Positions 37,500-47,056 of a stretch of DNA of 64,000 bases are shown one piece after another. Positions within the stretch are counted from its first letter, which is position 1. Each line of letters starts with the position of its first letter. The notes under the pieces were generated by a model, which made no database searches, was not told where the DNA came from, and saw only the letters and a list, made by a program, of their open reading frames with translations. The position numbers and the translations under genes are program-made. The DNA is from Candidatus Dormiibacterota bacterium (lineage in GTDB: Bacteria; Chloroflexota; Dormibacteria; Aeolococcales; Bog-877): NCBI GenBank assembly GCA_963701235.1, contig OY969577.1:26170-90169 (forward strand), in the 5' to 3' direction.

Positions 37500-38399
37500 C
37501 TACTGACCGTAGAGGCCACTTACGATGGTGGCCACCAGGAAGAGCTCAGCCACCACGTGGACGACGGCGGCGGGAAGGATGCTGTTGCTGCGCTGCGTCA
37601 TCCAACCCCAGACCAGCCCGAGCAGGATCACGATCGGGATGAAGCTGTCGGCGGGTCCCTGGTACTGGACCGCAATGTGGGCGACGCCAAAGATCAGCGC
37701 CTGGGTCACCAGGGCCACCCGCCGCGATTGCTGCCTCTCCAAGGCCCCGAGCAACACGCCCCGGAACTGGATCTCCTGGGCGATCGCCTGGGTCGCGTTG
37801 GCTACCCCGTAGGCCACGCCTGCGGAGCCTCCCAGTGAGAGCAGGGGCACACCCTCTCGACCGATCAGAGGGGCCGGCAAGACAAAGGCCACGACCAGGA
37901 ACAGCAGCGAGACACCGATCGCCATGAGCAGCGCGGTTCGACCCGGCCGCACCCAGATCCGCAAACGGGGTCGAGGGTTGGGACTCAGCCGGTAGACGAC
38001 GAAAGCCATGACCGCGGCCAGAACCAGCCAGGCGATCCCGGCGAAGGCGTTGCGAGCCAGCCCGTACGGATCCCCGATCAGTGAGGGTGCCGGACCGCCG
38101 TACCCCAACAGCCAGAGCCAGCAGGAATAGGGAAAGGTCAAGGTCAGGAGGGCGAGGGCGAGGGGCGCCATCCGCCGCAAAGAGGGGACCACCAGCGAAG
38201 CCGCGGCGAGTGCCCCGAAGTAGCCGGTCAACCGCCAGACGTCCGGGTCCACGCTCTGGGGATCCCCGAACAGGCGGGGGAGCAGCATCACCGCCGCTGC
38301 CCCGCCGAGGATCAGCGACAGTCCGGCCCAGCCGGTGCTCCAATCCCGTCCCTGACGCCGAGACTCCGGGGCCAAGCGCTGAGCCAGCCCGGCGATCAC
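37500..38399 (-). CDS. CPBP family intramembrane glutamic endopeptidase (CAAX protease-like)
   Basis: Motifs QEIQFRG (EExxxR type), FGVAHI and AVVHVVAE. Multi-TM. Confidence 0.8.
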   Translation of the reverse strand: MIAGLAQRLAPESRRQGRDWSTGWAGLSLILGGAAAVMLLPRLFGDPQSVDPDVWRLTGYFGALAAASLVVPSLRRMAPLALALLTLTFPYSCWLWLLGYGGPAPSLIGDPYGLARNAFAGIAWLVLAAVMAFVVYRLSPNPRPRLRIWVRPGRTALLMAIGVSLLFLVVAFVLPAPLIGREGVPLLSLGGSAGVAYGVANATQAIAQEIQFRGVLLGALERQQSRRVALVTQALIFGVAHIAVQYQGPADSFIPIVILLGLVWGWMTQRSNSILPAAVVHVVAELFLVATIVSGLYGQ

Positions 38400-38423
38400 G
38401 GTCGCAGTTTGACTGCTTCTGGC

Positions 38424-39005
38424 CTAGGAGGTCGGGTGGTCGCTGGGCGCGCTCTCTGACCTAACCGGGGGCGGCGGTTCCGGGCCGATCCCGTAACCGT
38501 CCATCTCGTCATCCTCGCCCCGGATCTTGTCGACCAGGTCGTACACGCGGTCCTGAACCGTCCCCGAGAAGAGGAACGCCACTCCGGCCACCGCGAACAC
38601 CCCAGCCGCAACCCAGGTCTTGGAGACCCGCTTGCGCTTGCGGGGAGGATCGATGCCAGCCTTGTGCAACGACCCCTCGACCCGCTTGCGAGCGTCTGAG
38701 GGCAGTGACTTGGTGGCCTCGTAGGCCGCCTGAATCACCAGCTCCGCGAACTCGGCCGATCGGTCCTTGGCCATCGCCACCACATCAGCGGCCCGCTTCT
38801 GGGCGGTGTCCGCGGCCGGTTGCACCTGGGTCGCAATCCGGCTCGCCACCTCGGGCAGCTGCTCACCGACCGCGCTCAGCGCCGGGCCGACCGCCGCCCC
38901 AGCGCTCTTCACTCCGCTCCCGATGACCTCGACCACCGCGCCCGCAGCGTCGCCAGCAGTGGTTCCCAGCCGATCTATCGGACGTTGCTTCTGACCGAGC
39001 TTCAT
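38424..39005 (-). CDS. Hypothetical single-pass membrane protein (193 aa)
   Basis: ATG at 39005 is preceded by AAGGAGG. Ala-rich helical N-terminal half, one TM (TWVAAGVFAVAGVAFLF), and an acidic/Pro-rich tail. Confidence 0.5.
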   Translation of the reverse strand: MKLGQKQRPIDRLGTTAGDAAGAVVEVIGSGVKSAGAAVGPALSAVGEQLPEVASRIATQVQPAADTAQKRAADVVAMAKDRSAEFAELVIQAAYEATKSLPSDARKRVEGSLHKAGIDPPRKRKRVSKTWVAAGVFAVAGVAFLFSGTVQDRVYDLVDKIRGEDDEMDGYGIGPEPPPPVRSESAPSDHPTS

Positions 39006-39102
39006 GTCGACACCTCCTTGCGCCTGACCCGCTGCGAGTGTACCTACGGCCCCGCCTAAAACTGCGTAAGGGATGTGGAAGTTCGACTCCCGACGTCGCC
39101 GC

Positions 39103-39921
39103 TCAGTCGCCACGCTCAGGCCAGCCGGGGGGAAAGTGTTGCAGTGGGCCGTGGCCGCTCCCCAGCCCGGGAGCCGATCTGATCGCCGCCGTAACGTATG
39201 CCTTGGCGCGGGCGATGGCCGGAAGCCGGGCCAGTCCCTGGGCCAGCGACGCCGCAATCGCGGCCGAGAAGGTGCAGCCGGTGCCGTGGGTGTGGCGGGT
39301 GTCGACCCTGGTGCCGGTGAGGCGGGTGACGGTTTCGCGATTGATCACCAGGTCGTTGGGCTCGCCGCGGGAGTGGCCGCCCTTGACCACGACGTACTCC
39401 GCGCCAAGACCGCAGATGGCGCGGCCAGCCCTGACAGCGTCGGCCTCGCTGTCGACCGTCTGTCCGGTGAGCGCGGCCGCCTCGGGCCAGTTGGGGGTGA
39501 CCACGGTCGCCAGTGGCAGCAGCAACTTGCGCATGGCCTCCACCGCGCTCTCCTCGAGCAGTCGGTCGCCGCTCTTGGCCACCATCACCGGATCCACCAC
39601 CAACGGTCCCCAATCTCGCCGCCCCAACTCCGAGCTCACCATCGAGATGTGGGGGGCTGAGAGCAGCATCCCGGTCTTGACGGCGGCAGGTCGGAGGTCC
39701 ACATCAAGGGCCTCGAATTGGTCATGGACGAACTCCAGCGGCACTGGGTGAGTCGAACGCACCCCCAGGGTGTTCTGAGCGGTCAGGGCAACCACCACGC
39801 TCACCCCGTAGACCCCGCAGCCGGCGAACGTCTTTAGGTCGGCCTGAATCCCAGCTCCGCCGCCCGAATCGGTGGCGGCTACCGTGGCCGCTATCGCTAC
39901 GGTCGATGGGCCCGAGCTCAT
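39103..39921 (-). CDS. thiD: Hydroxymethylpyrimidine/phosphomethylpyrimidine kinase
   Basis: DSGGGAGIQADLKTF, VVDPVMVAKSG and THGTGCTFSAAIAA motifs. Its ATG overlaps the TGA of the upstream permease (ATGA). Confidence 0.95.
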   Translation of the reverse strand: MSSGPSTVAIAATVAATDSGGGAGIQADLKTFAGCGVYGVSVVVALTAQNTLGVRSTHPVPLEFVHDQFEALDVDLRPAAVKTGMLLSAPHISMVSSELGRRDWGPLVVDPVMVAKSGDRLLEESAVEAMRKLLLPLATVVTPNWPEAAALTGQTVDSEADAVRAGRAICGLGAEYVVVKGGHSRGEPNDLVINRETVTRLTGTRVDTRHTHGTGCTFSAAIAASLAQGLARLPAIARAKAYVTAAIRSAPGLGSGHGPLQHFPPGWPERGD

Positions 39922-41369
39922 TGGTTGGCCACCACCACGGCTGGAGCAGACTCCTCGGGTCGACTGTCCGGGCCTTCCCGACGCCGGCAAACCAGGTAGG
40001 CGGCGGCGGCCACCACCACCCCAATGAACCCCGAGATGTCCGCCGGCTGGCCGGCGAAGAGGTGCTGGGCCAAGGGCGATGCGAATCCCCACTCGCCGGG
40101 CGGGGGCGGCTCGTTGAAAAAGAGCACCGTGGCCAGGGTTCCGCAGCCCAGGGCCGCCAGCATCGGCCAGCGAAAGCCGCCGGTGAACCAATAGCCGCGC
40201 CGGGAGACGAGGGCCGCCGAGTCGGAGTCGCGATGTCGGACCAAGGAGTCCAGGATCACGACCACGGCCCAGGCGGGAAACCAGACATAGGTGATGGTCA
40301 GGAAGTCGACATAGTTTCCCTGGAAGCCGACACCGGCGAAGAGGACCAGGGCCCCTATCAGTCCCCCCAGGACCCCGACTGCGGTGGCGGCGGCCCAGCG
40401 CCGGAGCCGGATCCCAATGGCGAGGGCACAGAGGGCCGCCGAATAGACGTTGAGATAGTTGGAGCTGAGCTCGGCCAGGATGATGAAGATTGCGAAGCAG
40501 TAGCCGAACCAGACCGGGACCGTGGCCAGGATCAGGTTGGGCAGGAGCTTGCCGGGGTCGATGGTCTGGATCGCCGCCCCCAGCAGACCACAGAGCACCA
40601 GGCTGACGGTGCTGCCTCCGCCGCTGGCCAGCGCCACCCGAAGCCCCGAGGTGCCCACCGGCAGGTATCTGGAGTAATCGCCGGCGTAGGTGACCCAGGA
40701 GACGATCAGGGCAAAGGTGAGAGTGAAGCCAAGCGCCATCGCCGCCAGATGGGGTCCTGGCGCCAGTCGGCTCTGGTGCAGGAGATCCCAGTGGGGAAAA
40801 CTGAAGAGCGCCAGCACCCCGCAGACGATTAGGAACGCGGGCACCTGGATGTGTTGGAAGACGGAGATGGTGCGGTGGCCGTAGACAGCCACCAGGAAGG
40901 AGATGGCGGCGATCGCCACCAGGAGCAGGGGCTCCACGCTGGCGGGGGCCGAGTGGAGGATGGGGAGCGCCTTGGTGGTGGTCACAGCGATGGCGCAGTC
41001 GTAGGCGAACCATCCGATCGCGATCAGCATCGTCAGGAGCCCGCCGACTGCCGCTCCTCGGCGGCCGAAGACCATCCGTGACTGGACGATCTGGGGTGCT
41101 CCCGACCGCACCCCGGTAACGCTCAAGAGGCCGAGGAACGCGGACCCGGCGAGCGCGCCGGTGATCAGGACCAGTGCAGAGTCCCAGAACCCGAGCCCGG
41201 CGGCAGAGACCAGCAGAGCTCCGGCGAACAGGGAGAAGAAGTCCGACAAGGCTCCAGCCCAGATGAAGAAGAGTTCACGAGGGCGTCCGTGGCGGAGCTC
41301 AGGCGGGACCGGCTCCAGACCGCGCAGCTCGACCCTGAGGAACTCATCGTCGGGCTTGGTATCTGCCAT
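39918..41369 (-). CDS. cytX: NCS1 permease, likely HMP/thiamine-precursor transporter (CytX-like)
   Basis: Purine-cytosine-permease-type N-terminus (ELRHGRPRELFFIWAGA). It sits between a TPP riboswitch and thiD. The ATG at 41369 has AAAGG upstream. An alternative GTG lies at 41390. Confidence 0.8.
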   Translation of the reverse strand: MADTKPDDEFLRVELRGLEPVPPELRHGRPRELFFIWAGALSDFFSLFAGALLVSAAGLGFWDSALVLITGALAGSAFLGLLSVTGVRSGAPQIVQSRMVFGRRGAAVGGLLTMLIAIGWFAYDCAIAVTTTKALPILHSAPASVEPLLLVAIAAISFLVAVYGHRTISVFQHIQVPAFLIVCGVLALFSFPHWDLLHQSRLAPGPHLAAMALGFTLTFALIVSWVTYAGDYSRYLPVGTSGLRVALASGGGSTVSLVLCGLLGAAIQTIDPGKLLPNLILATVPVWFGYCFAIFIILAELSSNYLNVYSAALCALAIGIRLRRWAAATAVGVLGGLIGALVLFAGVGFQGNYVDFLTITYVWFPAWAVVVILDSLVRHRDSDSAALVSRRGYWFTGGFRWPMLAALGCGTLATVLFFNEPPPPGEWGFASPLAQHLFAGQPADISGFIGVVVAAAAYLVCRRREGPDSRPEESAPAVVVANQ

Positions 41370-41414
41370 CACCGCCTTTCTCAAGACCACACCAACCGTG
41401 AGGGACTGGCAGGT

Positions 41415-41505
41415 CGAGGCTTCCCGACGCTGGTACTAACCAGATCCGGTCATCAGGGTTGGCTCCGAGCCTCTCAGCGCCCTGCCGGCGCACCCCTAGC
41501 TGGGA
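41415..41505 (-). promoter_or_regulatory. TPP (THI-box) riboswitch
   Basis: The minus-strand sequence reads TAGGGGTGCGCCGGCAGGGCGCTGAGAGGCTCGGAGCCAACCCTGATGACCGGATCTGGTTAGTACCAGCGTCGGGAAG. It carries the conserved GGGGUGC, CUGAGA, ACC-GAUCUGG and ACCAGCG-GGGAA blocks. The ends are approximate. Confidence 0.9.
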
Positions 41506-41588
41506 GCCGTGCTCCCAGGCCGAGTATAGGGCCGATCGAGTGCCTAGCTGGAGGTGGTCCAGAGTCGGGCGAATCTGATAATTGCTGG

Positions 41589-42044
41589 GTGGCGCAGGAC
41601 CCGCTCACGTTCACGGCCAGGTGGCCGGTTCGCCAGTACGAGGTGGATCGCCAGGGGCACGTCAACAACGCGGTCTACCTGAACTACGCCGAGGAGTTAG
41701 CGGCTCGTCACTCCGAGCTCAGCGGCTTTGGCCAGAAGTGGGCCGAGGCCAAAGGCGGTGGATGGGTGATCCGTCGCAACGAGATCACCTATCACAGCCC
41801 GGCCCGCGCCGGTGATGAGCTCGAGCTCACCGTGCGGGTCGAAATGGTTCGCGGTACCCGGGGCCAGCGCCGTACCACCATCGTCCGGGTTCCCGATGGC
41901 ACCCTGATGGCCGAGATGTTCACCGAGTGGGTTTGGGTGAGAGCCAGCGACGGCCGCCCCGCGCCGGCGCCCAAAGAGCTGGTGGCGCTGGCCGCGGCGG
42001 CTACCGAAGCCACGTTGCAAGAGCGGCGGCACATGAAGAAATAG
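41589..42044 (+). CDS. Acyl-CoA thioesterase (4HBT/YbgC-like hotdog fold)
   Basis: RQYEVDRQGHVNNAVYLNYAEE motif. GTG at 41589 is chosen because the tracked ORF upstream of it overlaps the riboswitch and cytX. Confidence 0.8.
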   Translation: MAQDPLTFTARWPVRQYEVDRQGHVNNAVYLNYAEELAARHSELSGFGQKWAEAKGGGWVIRRNEITYHSPARAGDELELTVRVEMVRGTRGQRRTTIVRVPDGTLMAEMFTEWVWVRASDGRPAPAPKELVALAAAATEATLQERRHMKK

Positions 42045-42113
42045 TGGCGAGAACTCACACAAACCGAGGCTTGGATCGGGCTTGAGCGCCGGCCCAGCTA
42101 AACGAGCGGGCGG

Positions 42114-44984
42114 TCAGCCTGGAGCCGGTCGACGGGCGCGGCGGCGGGCGCGCGATCGGGCGGTGGGCACGACCGTCGCGGGACCCCGGACTGAGTTACT
42201 CGAGGCCGAGTTGGGGCCGCGCTTGGGCAATCTTTTCGGTTTGACCGCTACCGGAGCGCCAAAAGCGGCCTCAATGGCGATCAGAGCCTCCACCTCGCGA
42301 GGCTCAAGGGGCTCGGCAAAGAAGAAGCCCTGGAGCATGGGATCGCTGCTCATCGCCTCCAAAAGAGCCACCTGCTCCGCCGTCTCCACCCCCTCAACGA
42401 CCACCGTCAGGGAGAGAGCCTTGCCCAGGTTGACCACACTCTCGGCGACCGCCGCACCGGCCCCGCCGTCGGTGAGCTTCTTCATGAATGAGCGGTCGAT
42501 CTTGAGCTCGTCAACGGGCAGGTGTTGAAGCTGGGCAAGCGATGACTGGCCGGTGCCGAAGTCATCGATGGCGATCCGGACTCCGGTCGCCCGCAGCGCG
42601 CGCAGCTGATCGGAGGCGTGGTTGACGTCCTTGACGATGGTGCTCTCGGTGACCTCGAGGATCAGCTGGTGGGGATCGAGCCCCGAGCTGACCATGGCAC
42701 CGCGGACGTCCTCGACCAGACTGGCCTGCTGGAGTTGGCGAGCGGAGACGTTGACCGAGAGCCGCAGGTGCTGCATCGCCGGGTGGGCGCGGCGCCATTC
42801 CCCCACCTGGCGGCAGGATTCGTAGAGCACCCACCTCCCGATCGGCACGATCATGCCCGTGGCTTCGGCGATCTCGATGAAGTCGTCGGGGGAGACGATC
42901 TCGGTTCGGTCGGGATCCTGCCACCGGAGCAGCGCCTCGACACCGACCAGCCGGTGCTCGACGCCCGTCAGGATCGGCTGGTAGAGCAGCCGCATCTCGC
43001 CCCGATCGAGCGCCCGCCGCAGACCGGTCTCGACGTGCATCCGCTGCACCGCCTGCTGGTGCAGGAGGGGGTGGAACTCGACCGTGCGCCCCTTGCCGTC
43101 CGCCTTGGCCTGGTAGAGGGCAATGTCAGCGTCGCGGAGGATGGCCTCGGCGTCGGCGGTGGCGTACTTGGTGGTGATCATGCCGATGCTGACCCCCACC
43201 GTCACCTCCAGCCCCTCTGCGGCGTGGATTGGCTCCGCAACCATCTCCCCGATCCGGTCAGCGATGGCCGTGACCACCTGGGTGCTGGCCACCTTCTCGA
43301 CCAAAACCGCGAACTCGTCCCCGCCCAAGCGGGCACAGGTGTCGGCGGGGCGCAGGCACTCGGCGATCCGGCGGGTGACCTCGAGGAGCACGACGTCGCC
43401 GACGGCGTGACCGTAGCTGTCGTTGATGGTCTTGAAATTGTCGAGGTCGATCGAGAGCAAGCCCAGGGTGGAGCGGCCGTCACGGCGGGCACGGAGAGCG
43501 TGCTCCAGCCGGTCGCGGAGCAGGGCCCGGTTGGCGAGGCCGGTCAGGGGGTCGTGCAGCGCCTGGTGGCGGAGCTGGTCCTCGAGTTCGCGGCGCTCGG
43601 TGATGTCCCGGCCGGTGACCACCACCGCCCGGACGTAGGGGTCGTGAAGCAGGTTGGTGAGATAGACCTCGAGGGTCCGCCAGCTGCCGTCGTGATGTAG
43701 GACCCTGCATTCCAGCCTCCGCCCTGGGCCTCGCTGGGCCCGGGTCTCCTCCAGAGCCACCGCCACCCGTTCGCGGTCGTTGGGGTGGAGGATGCCGGCC
43801 AGGTTGAAGTCCCGCTCGGAGGGCAAGCGACGCCCCAGGAGAGCCTCGACCGAGGGGCTGACGTAGCTGAACTGCTCGTCCTCCCCGATCGCCATGATCA
43901 GGTCGGAGGAGTTCTGGACCAGCGAGCGGAAGCGGCCCTCACTGCGGCGCAGGTCGTCCGAGATCGCGGCCCGGCTCAAGGCCAGGGAGCACTCGTCGGC
44001 CAAGATCTCCAGGAGCTCGCGCTGCTCACGGGCCAGCGGGCCGGCGGTGGCGATCGCGAATCCCCCCCGGGGCTGGCCGTCTGTGAGCAGCGGGATGACA
44101 TGGAGCTGGGTCAGTCCAGGAGATATCCGGAGCACCTCCAGGAGCTGCTGGCGAGCCGCTGGGTTGCCGTTCACGGGACGGATGGCGAGGAGGACGTCCA
44201 CCACCCCCGACACCAGTTGGTCGGCCCTGACCCGGGTTTCCTGGGCGGGACGCTCAAGCGACCGGTCAGAGGTAATGATCCGGAACTCGAGGCCATCCAG
44301 CATCGCCAGGGAGACCTGGACCTTGCCTGGCCCGCCGACCACCTCAGCCGCAACCCGCTGCACCGCCCGATAGACGGCCGCGGGCGTGCTGGCCGCGACC
44401 AGTTCGATGGCGGCCTGACGGAGGGTGTTTTCCTGGCGTGCTGCCACCTGCCGGCGGGCAATGACCGAACGCAGCAGCTGCATCATCACCGCCACCATGG
44501 CCAGCGCCAGAATCCCGGTGAAGCCGCTCTCCAGGGCGCCGGCGGCGTGGTTGCTGCCCGCGACCACCCCGACCGCGGCCAGGTTGGCTGCCATGAAGCC
44601 GGCGGCGACTCCGATCGAGCCCTCGGGGCTGGCGTAGAAGGCGCGGAAGTAGAGGGCTGCGTACAGCACTCCCAGCGCGCCTCCAGACCGCCATGACCCC
44701 ACTCCTACGACGAACAGGGCGAAGATCGCCAGCAGGTCAGTCCAGAGCGGGAACCGCCCGAGTCGGTATCCCGAGAGGAGCCAGAGCACCAGCCAGCCGA
44801 TGGCTACGAAGGCGCAGATCTTGACCTGGTAGGGAGCTCCGGACTCAAAGCTGATGATCAGGAGCGCCAGCGACAGCGCGATCAGGGCAATGGCCAGGAG
44901 CACCCACTGGACGCTGGCCATTAGGCCGGCAGGTGGTCTCAGGCCCTCGCGCCACCTGCTGGGCACCATGGTCATCGCGGGCAT
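42114..44984 (-). CDS. Membrane-anchored GAF-PAS-GGDEF-EAL c-di-GMP turnover protein
   Basis: N-terminal block of about 6 TM, then GAF-like and PAS regions. RPADTCARLGGDEF carries the RxxD I-site plus GGDEF. EAL is VEALLRW, and DDFGTG is present. Start candidates are 44984, 44975, 44969 and 44921. The tracked ORF to 45362 overlaps the upstream gene. Confidence 0.9.
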   Translation of the reverse strand: MPAMTMVPSRWREGLRPPAGLMASVQWVLLAIALIALSLALLIISFESGAPYQVKICAFVAIGWLVLWLLSGYRLGRFPLWTDLLAIFALFVVGVGSWRSGGALGVLYAALYFRAFYASPEGSIGVAAGFMAANLAAVGVVAGSNHAAGALESGFTGILALAMVAVMMQLLRSVIARRQVAARQENTLRQAAIELVAASTPAAVYRAVQRVAAEVVGGPGKVQVSLAMLDGLEFRIITSDRSLERPAQETRVRADQLVSGVVDVLLAIRPVNGNPAARQQLLEVLRISPGLTQLHVIPLLTDGQPRGGFAIATAGPLAREQRELLEILADECSLALSRAAISDDLRRSEGRFRSLVQNSSDLIMAIGEDEQFSYVSPSVEALLGRRLPSERDFNLAGILHPNDRERVAVALEETRAQRGPGRRLECRVLHHDGSWRTLEVYLTNLLHDPYVRAVVVTGRDITERRELEDQLRHQALHDPLTGLANRALLRDRLEHALRARRDGRSTLGLLSIDLDNFKTINDSYGHAVGDVVLLEVTRRIAECLRPADTCARLGGDEFAVLVEKVASTQVVTAIADRIGEMVAEPIHAAEGLEVTVGVSIGMITTKYATADAEAILRDADIALYQAKADGKGRTVEFHPLLHQQAVQRMHVETGLRRALDRGEMRLLYQPILTGVEHRLVGVEALLRWQDPDRTEIVSPDDFIEIAEATGMIVPIGRWVLYESCRQVGEWRRAHPAMQHLRLSVNVSARQLQQASLVEDVRGAMVSSGLDPHQLILEVTESTIVKDVNHASDQLRALRATGVRIAIDDFGTGQSSLAQLQHLPVDELKIDRSFMKKLTDGGAGAAVAESVVNLGKALSLTVVVEGVETAEQVALLEAMSSDPMLQGFFFAEPLEPREVEALIAIEAAFGAPVAVKPKRLPKRGPNSASSNSVRGPATVVPTARSRARRRARRPAPG

Positions 44985-45255
44985 TGCTCTCCTCGTGAAG
45001 TCAGGCGTCAGTGACGCCGCCAGGCACTCGAACTGACTGTGACCTGCCCTCCCTTCACTACCTGCCACGTAGCGGTGAAGGTTGTGCGCGCAAGCCTTGA
45101 CACCCTGCAACGGCAGGCCACCTGGGAGACTGGAAGTTGCGCGGGCCGGCGCTGACCCTGTAACGAAAATGACTAACTGACTTGCGGCGAGGGGCTGGAG
45201 TGAACCGGCTAGGCAGCCACCTTGGAACTCCGACGGCGAGGATGCCGAGTGGCGG

Positions 45256-45981
45256 CTAGTCCTCTCCGGCCGCCGCTCCAGCAACCGCCGGGGTCCGAGC
45301 CGGCTGGGCGGCACCGAACCGACCCAGGCTGAGGAATCCGGCGAACATGATGGCGGCGCCAATGGCCTCCAGGGCTCCCAGTTCGGTCAGGCTCCCTCCC
45401 ACCGTCTTGGCCAAGGAGAACCCCAAGGCGACCACCAGAGCGCCAATGGTGAGCAGCACATTGCAGAGGACCCGGTCGATGGTGGCCCGGGAGCGGACGA
45501 AGGCAATTGCGGAGTAGGCCGAACCTCCGGCCAAGACCAGGGTACCGAGGATGTTGAAGACGACCGCGGCCACGAAGATCGGGGTCCCATGGCCAACCAG
45601 GGCGCCGCCCAGAACCCCGGCGCTGGTCGTGAGTTTGGATCCGTCGACCGGTACCACCGCCATGTCCACCGCCAGCAGCACTGTGAGCACGATTAGGACC
45701 GCGGCGCACGCCCTCGCCACCTTGGCGGGAGCCAAGAGGAAGGTGGTCCCCAGAGCCAGATAGATCACACCCAGGACGCCCCCCAGCAGATAGAACGCCC
45801 GGAAGAGCGGGACTGAGAAACCGTAGGCCTCCCCCAAGGCCTGGGTGAGGGCCGCCGCCGCGAAGATGGCAAGCCCAGTTCCCCAGGCCGCGAAGGCGGG
45901 CCGGCGGGACCGCCACCAGCGGCCCCAGACGACGGCGGAGAAGGCCACCCCCAGCACGCAGGCCGCCACCGCTGTGCCCAT
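45256..45981 (-). CDS. Hypothetical polytopic membrane protein (241 aa)
   Basis: About 7 hydrophobic segments. No motif recognised. Confidence 0.5.
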   Translation of the reverse strand: MGTAVAACVLGVAFSAVVWGRWWRSRRPAFAAWGTGLAIFAAAALTQALGEAYGFSVPLFRAFYLLGGVLGVIYLALGTTFLLAPAKVARACAAVLIVLTVLLAVDMAVVPVDGSKLTTSAGVLGGALVGHGTPIFVAAVVFNILGTLVLAGGSAYSAIAFVRSRATIDRVLCNVLLTIGALVVALGFSLAKTVGGSLTELGALEAIGAAIMFAGFLSLGRFGAAQPARTPAVAGAAAGED

Positions 45982-46072
45982 CTTCTCCCCACTTTTCTGC
46001 GCGCCCAGCCCGCCGCCGCGAGCGTAGCACTCGGGGGTCGGTCCCGCCCCGGCCCCGGGCCATAATCCAGGC

Positions 46073-47056
46073 GTGCGCTATCTCGATTTGGACGGTCGCC
46101 GGCTTTCGGTGCTGGGCTTGGGCTGCTGGCAGTTCGGCGAGAAGCAATGGGGCTACGGGACCGAGTACTCGCACGCCGAGTCTCTCGCCGTGATGCAGCG
46201 AGCACTCGAGCTCGGGGTCACGGTCTTCGACACCGCCGAGCTCTACGGGGCGGGTCGGAGCGAGATGCTGGTCGGCACCGCGCTCAGCTCCTGGCAGGGG
46301 GACCGCTTCCTCGCCACCAAGTTCCTCCCCATCATGCCCTTGCCTCGGGTGATGGTCGCGCACTGCGGGCGGAGCTTGGACCGGCTTCAGGTCCCCCTGG
46401 TGGACCTCTACCAGATCCACTGGCCCAACCCCGTGGTTCCGCTGCCGCTACAGATGGAGGGGATGCGCCGCATCCTGGGACTCGGCCTGAGCCGCTACGC
46501 CGGGGTGAGCAACTTCTCTTTGAAGCGCTGGATCGCGGCCGAGGCTGCCCTGGGCCAGCCGGTGATCTCCAATCAGGTGCGCTACAACCTCTTGCAGCGA
46601 CGCCCGGAGTCCGGCCTCCTGGCATACGCCCAGGCGAACGCGCGGTTGATCATCGCCTACAGCCCGCTCGCTCAAGGGGCGCTGAGTGGTCGCTACCGCG
46701 CCGGCCAGGCTCCCCGCGACCTCCGCCGCGCCAATGCCCTTTTCACCGAGCTCGCGCTGACGGCCATGGAGCCGCTCCTGGAAACGCTGCGGGAGGTGGC
46801 TGATGCCCACCAGTCCAGCTCATCTCAGGTGGCGCTGGCCTACGTTCTGGCTCAGCCGCAGGTGATCGCCATTCCGGGAGCCAAGTCGATCGCCCAGCTG
46901 GAGTCCAACGTCGAGGCGGCAGACCTGCAGCTGGCAGACGATGAGCTGTTGGCCCTGCGCCGAGCCGCCGACCTCTTTCATTACTCAAGGACCCGGGCCG
47001 GGGTCCAGGTTGCGGCGCGGCTGCTGCCCACCACCCGCCGTCGCGGCAAATCCTAG
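46073..47056 (+). CDS. Aldo/keto reductase
   Basis: LGLGCWQFG, FDTAELYG and DLYQIHWPN motifs. Confidence 0.9.
   Translation: MRYLDLDGRRLSVLGLGCWQFGEKQWGYGTEYSHAESLAVMQRALELGVTVFDTAELYGAGRSEMLVGTALSSWQGDRFLATKFLPIMPLPRVMVAHCGRSLDRLQVPLVDLYQIHWPNPVVPLPLQMEGMRRILGLGLSRYAGVSNFSLKRWIAAEAALGQPVISNQVRYNLLQRRPESGLLAYAQANARLIIAYSPLAQGALSGRYRAGQAPRDLRRANALFTELALTAMEPLLETLREVADAHQSSSSQVALAYVLAQPQVIAIPGAKSIAQLESNVEAADLQLADDELLALRRAADLFHYSRTRAGVQVAARLLPTTRRRGKS

Noticed and set aside
39922-41013. The N-terminal ~360 aa of the 636-aa tracked ORF 39103..41013 (-).
   Set aside because: Only the last 272 codons encode ThiD. The upstream part is an out-of-frame shadow of the cytX permease gene, and the thiD ATG overlaps the cytX stop.
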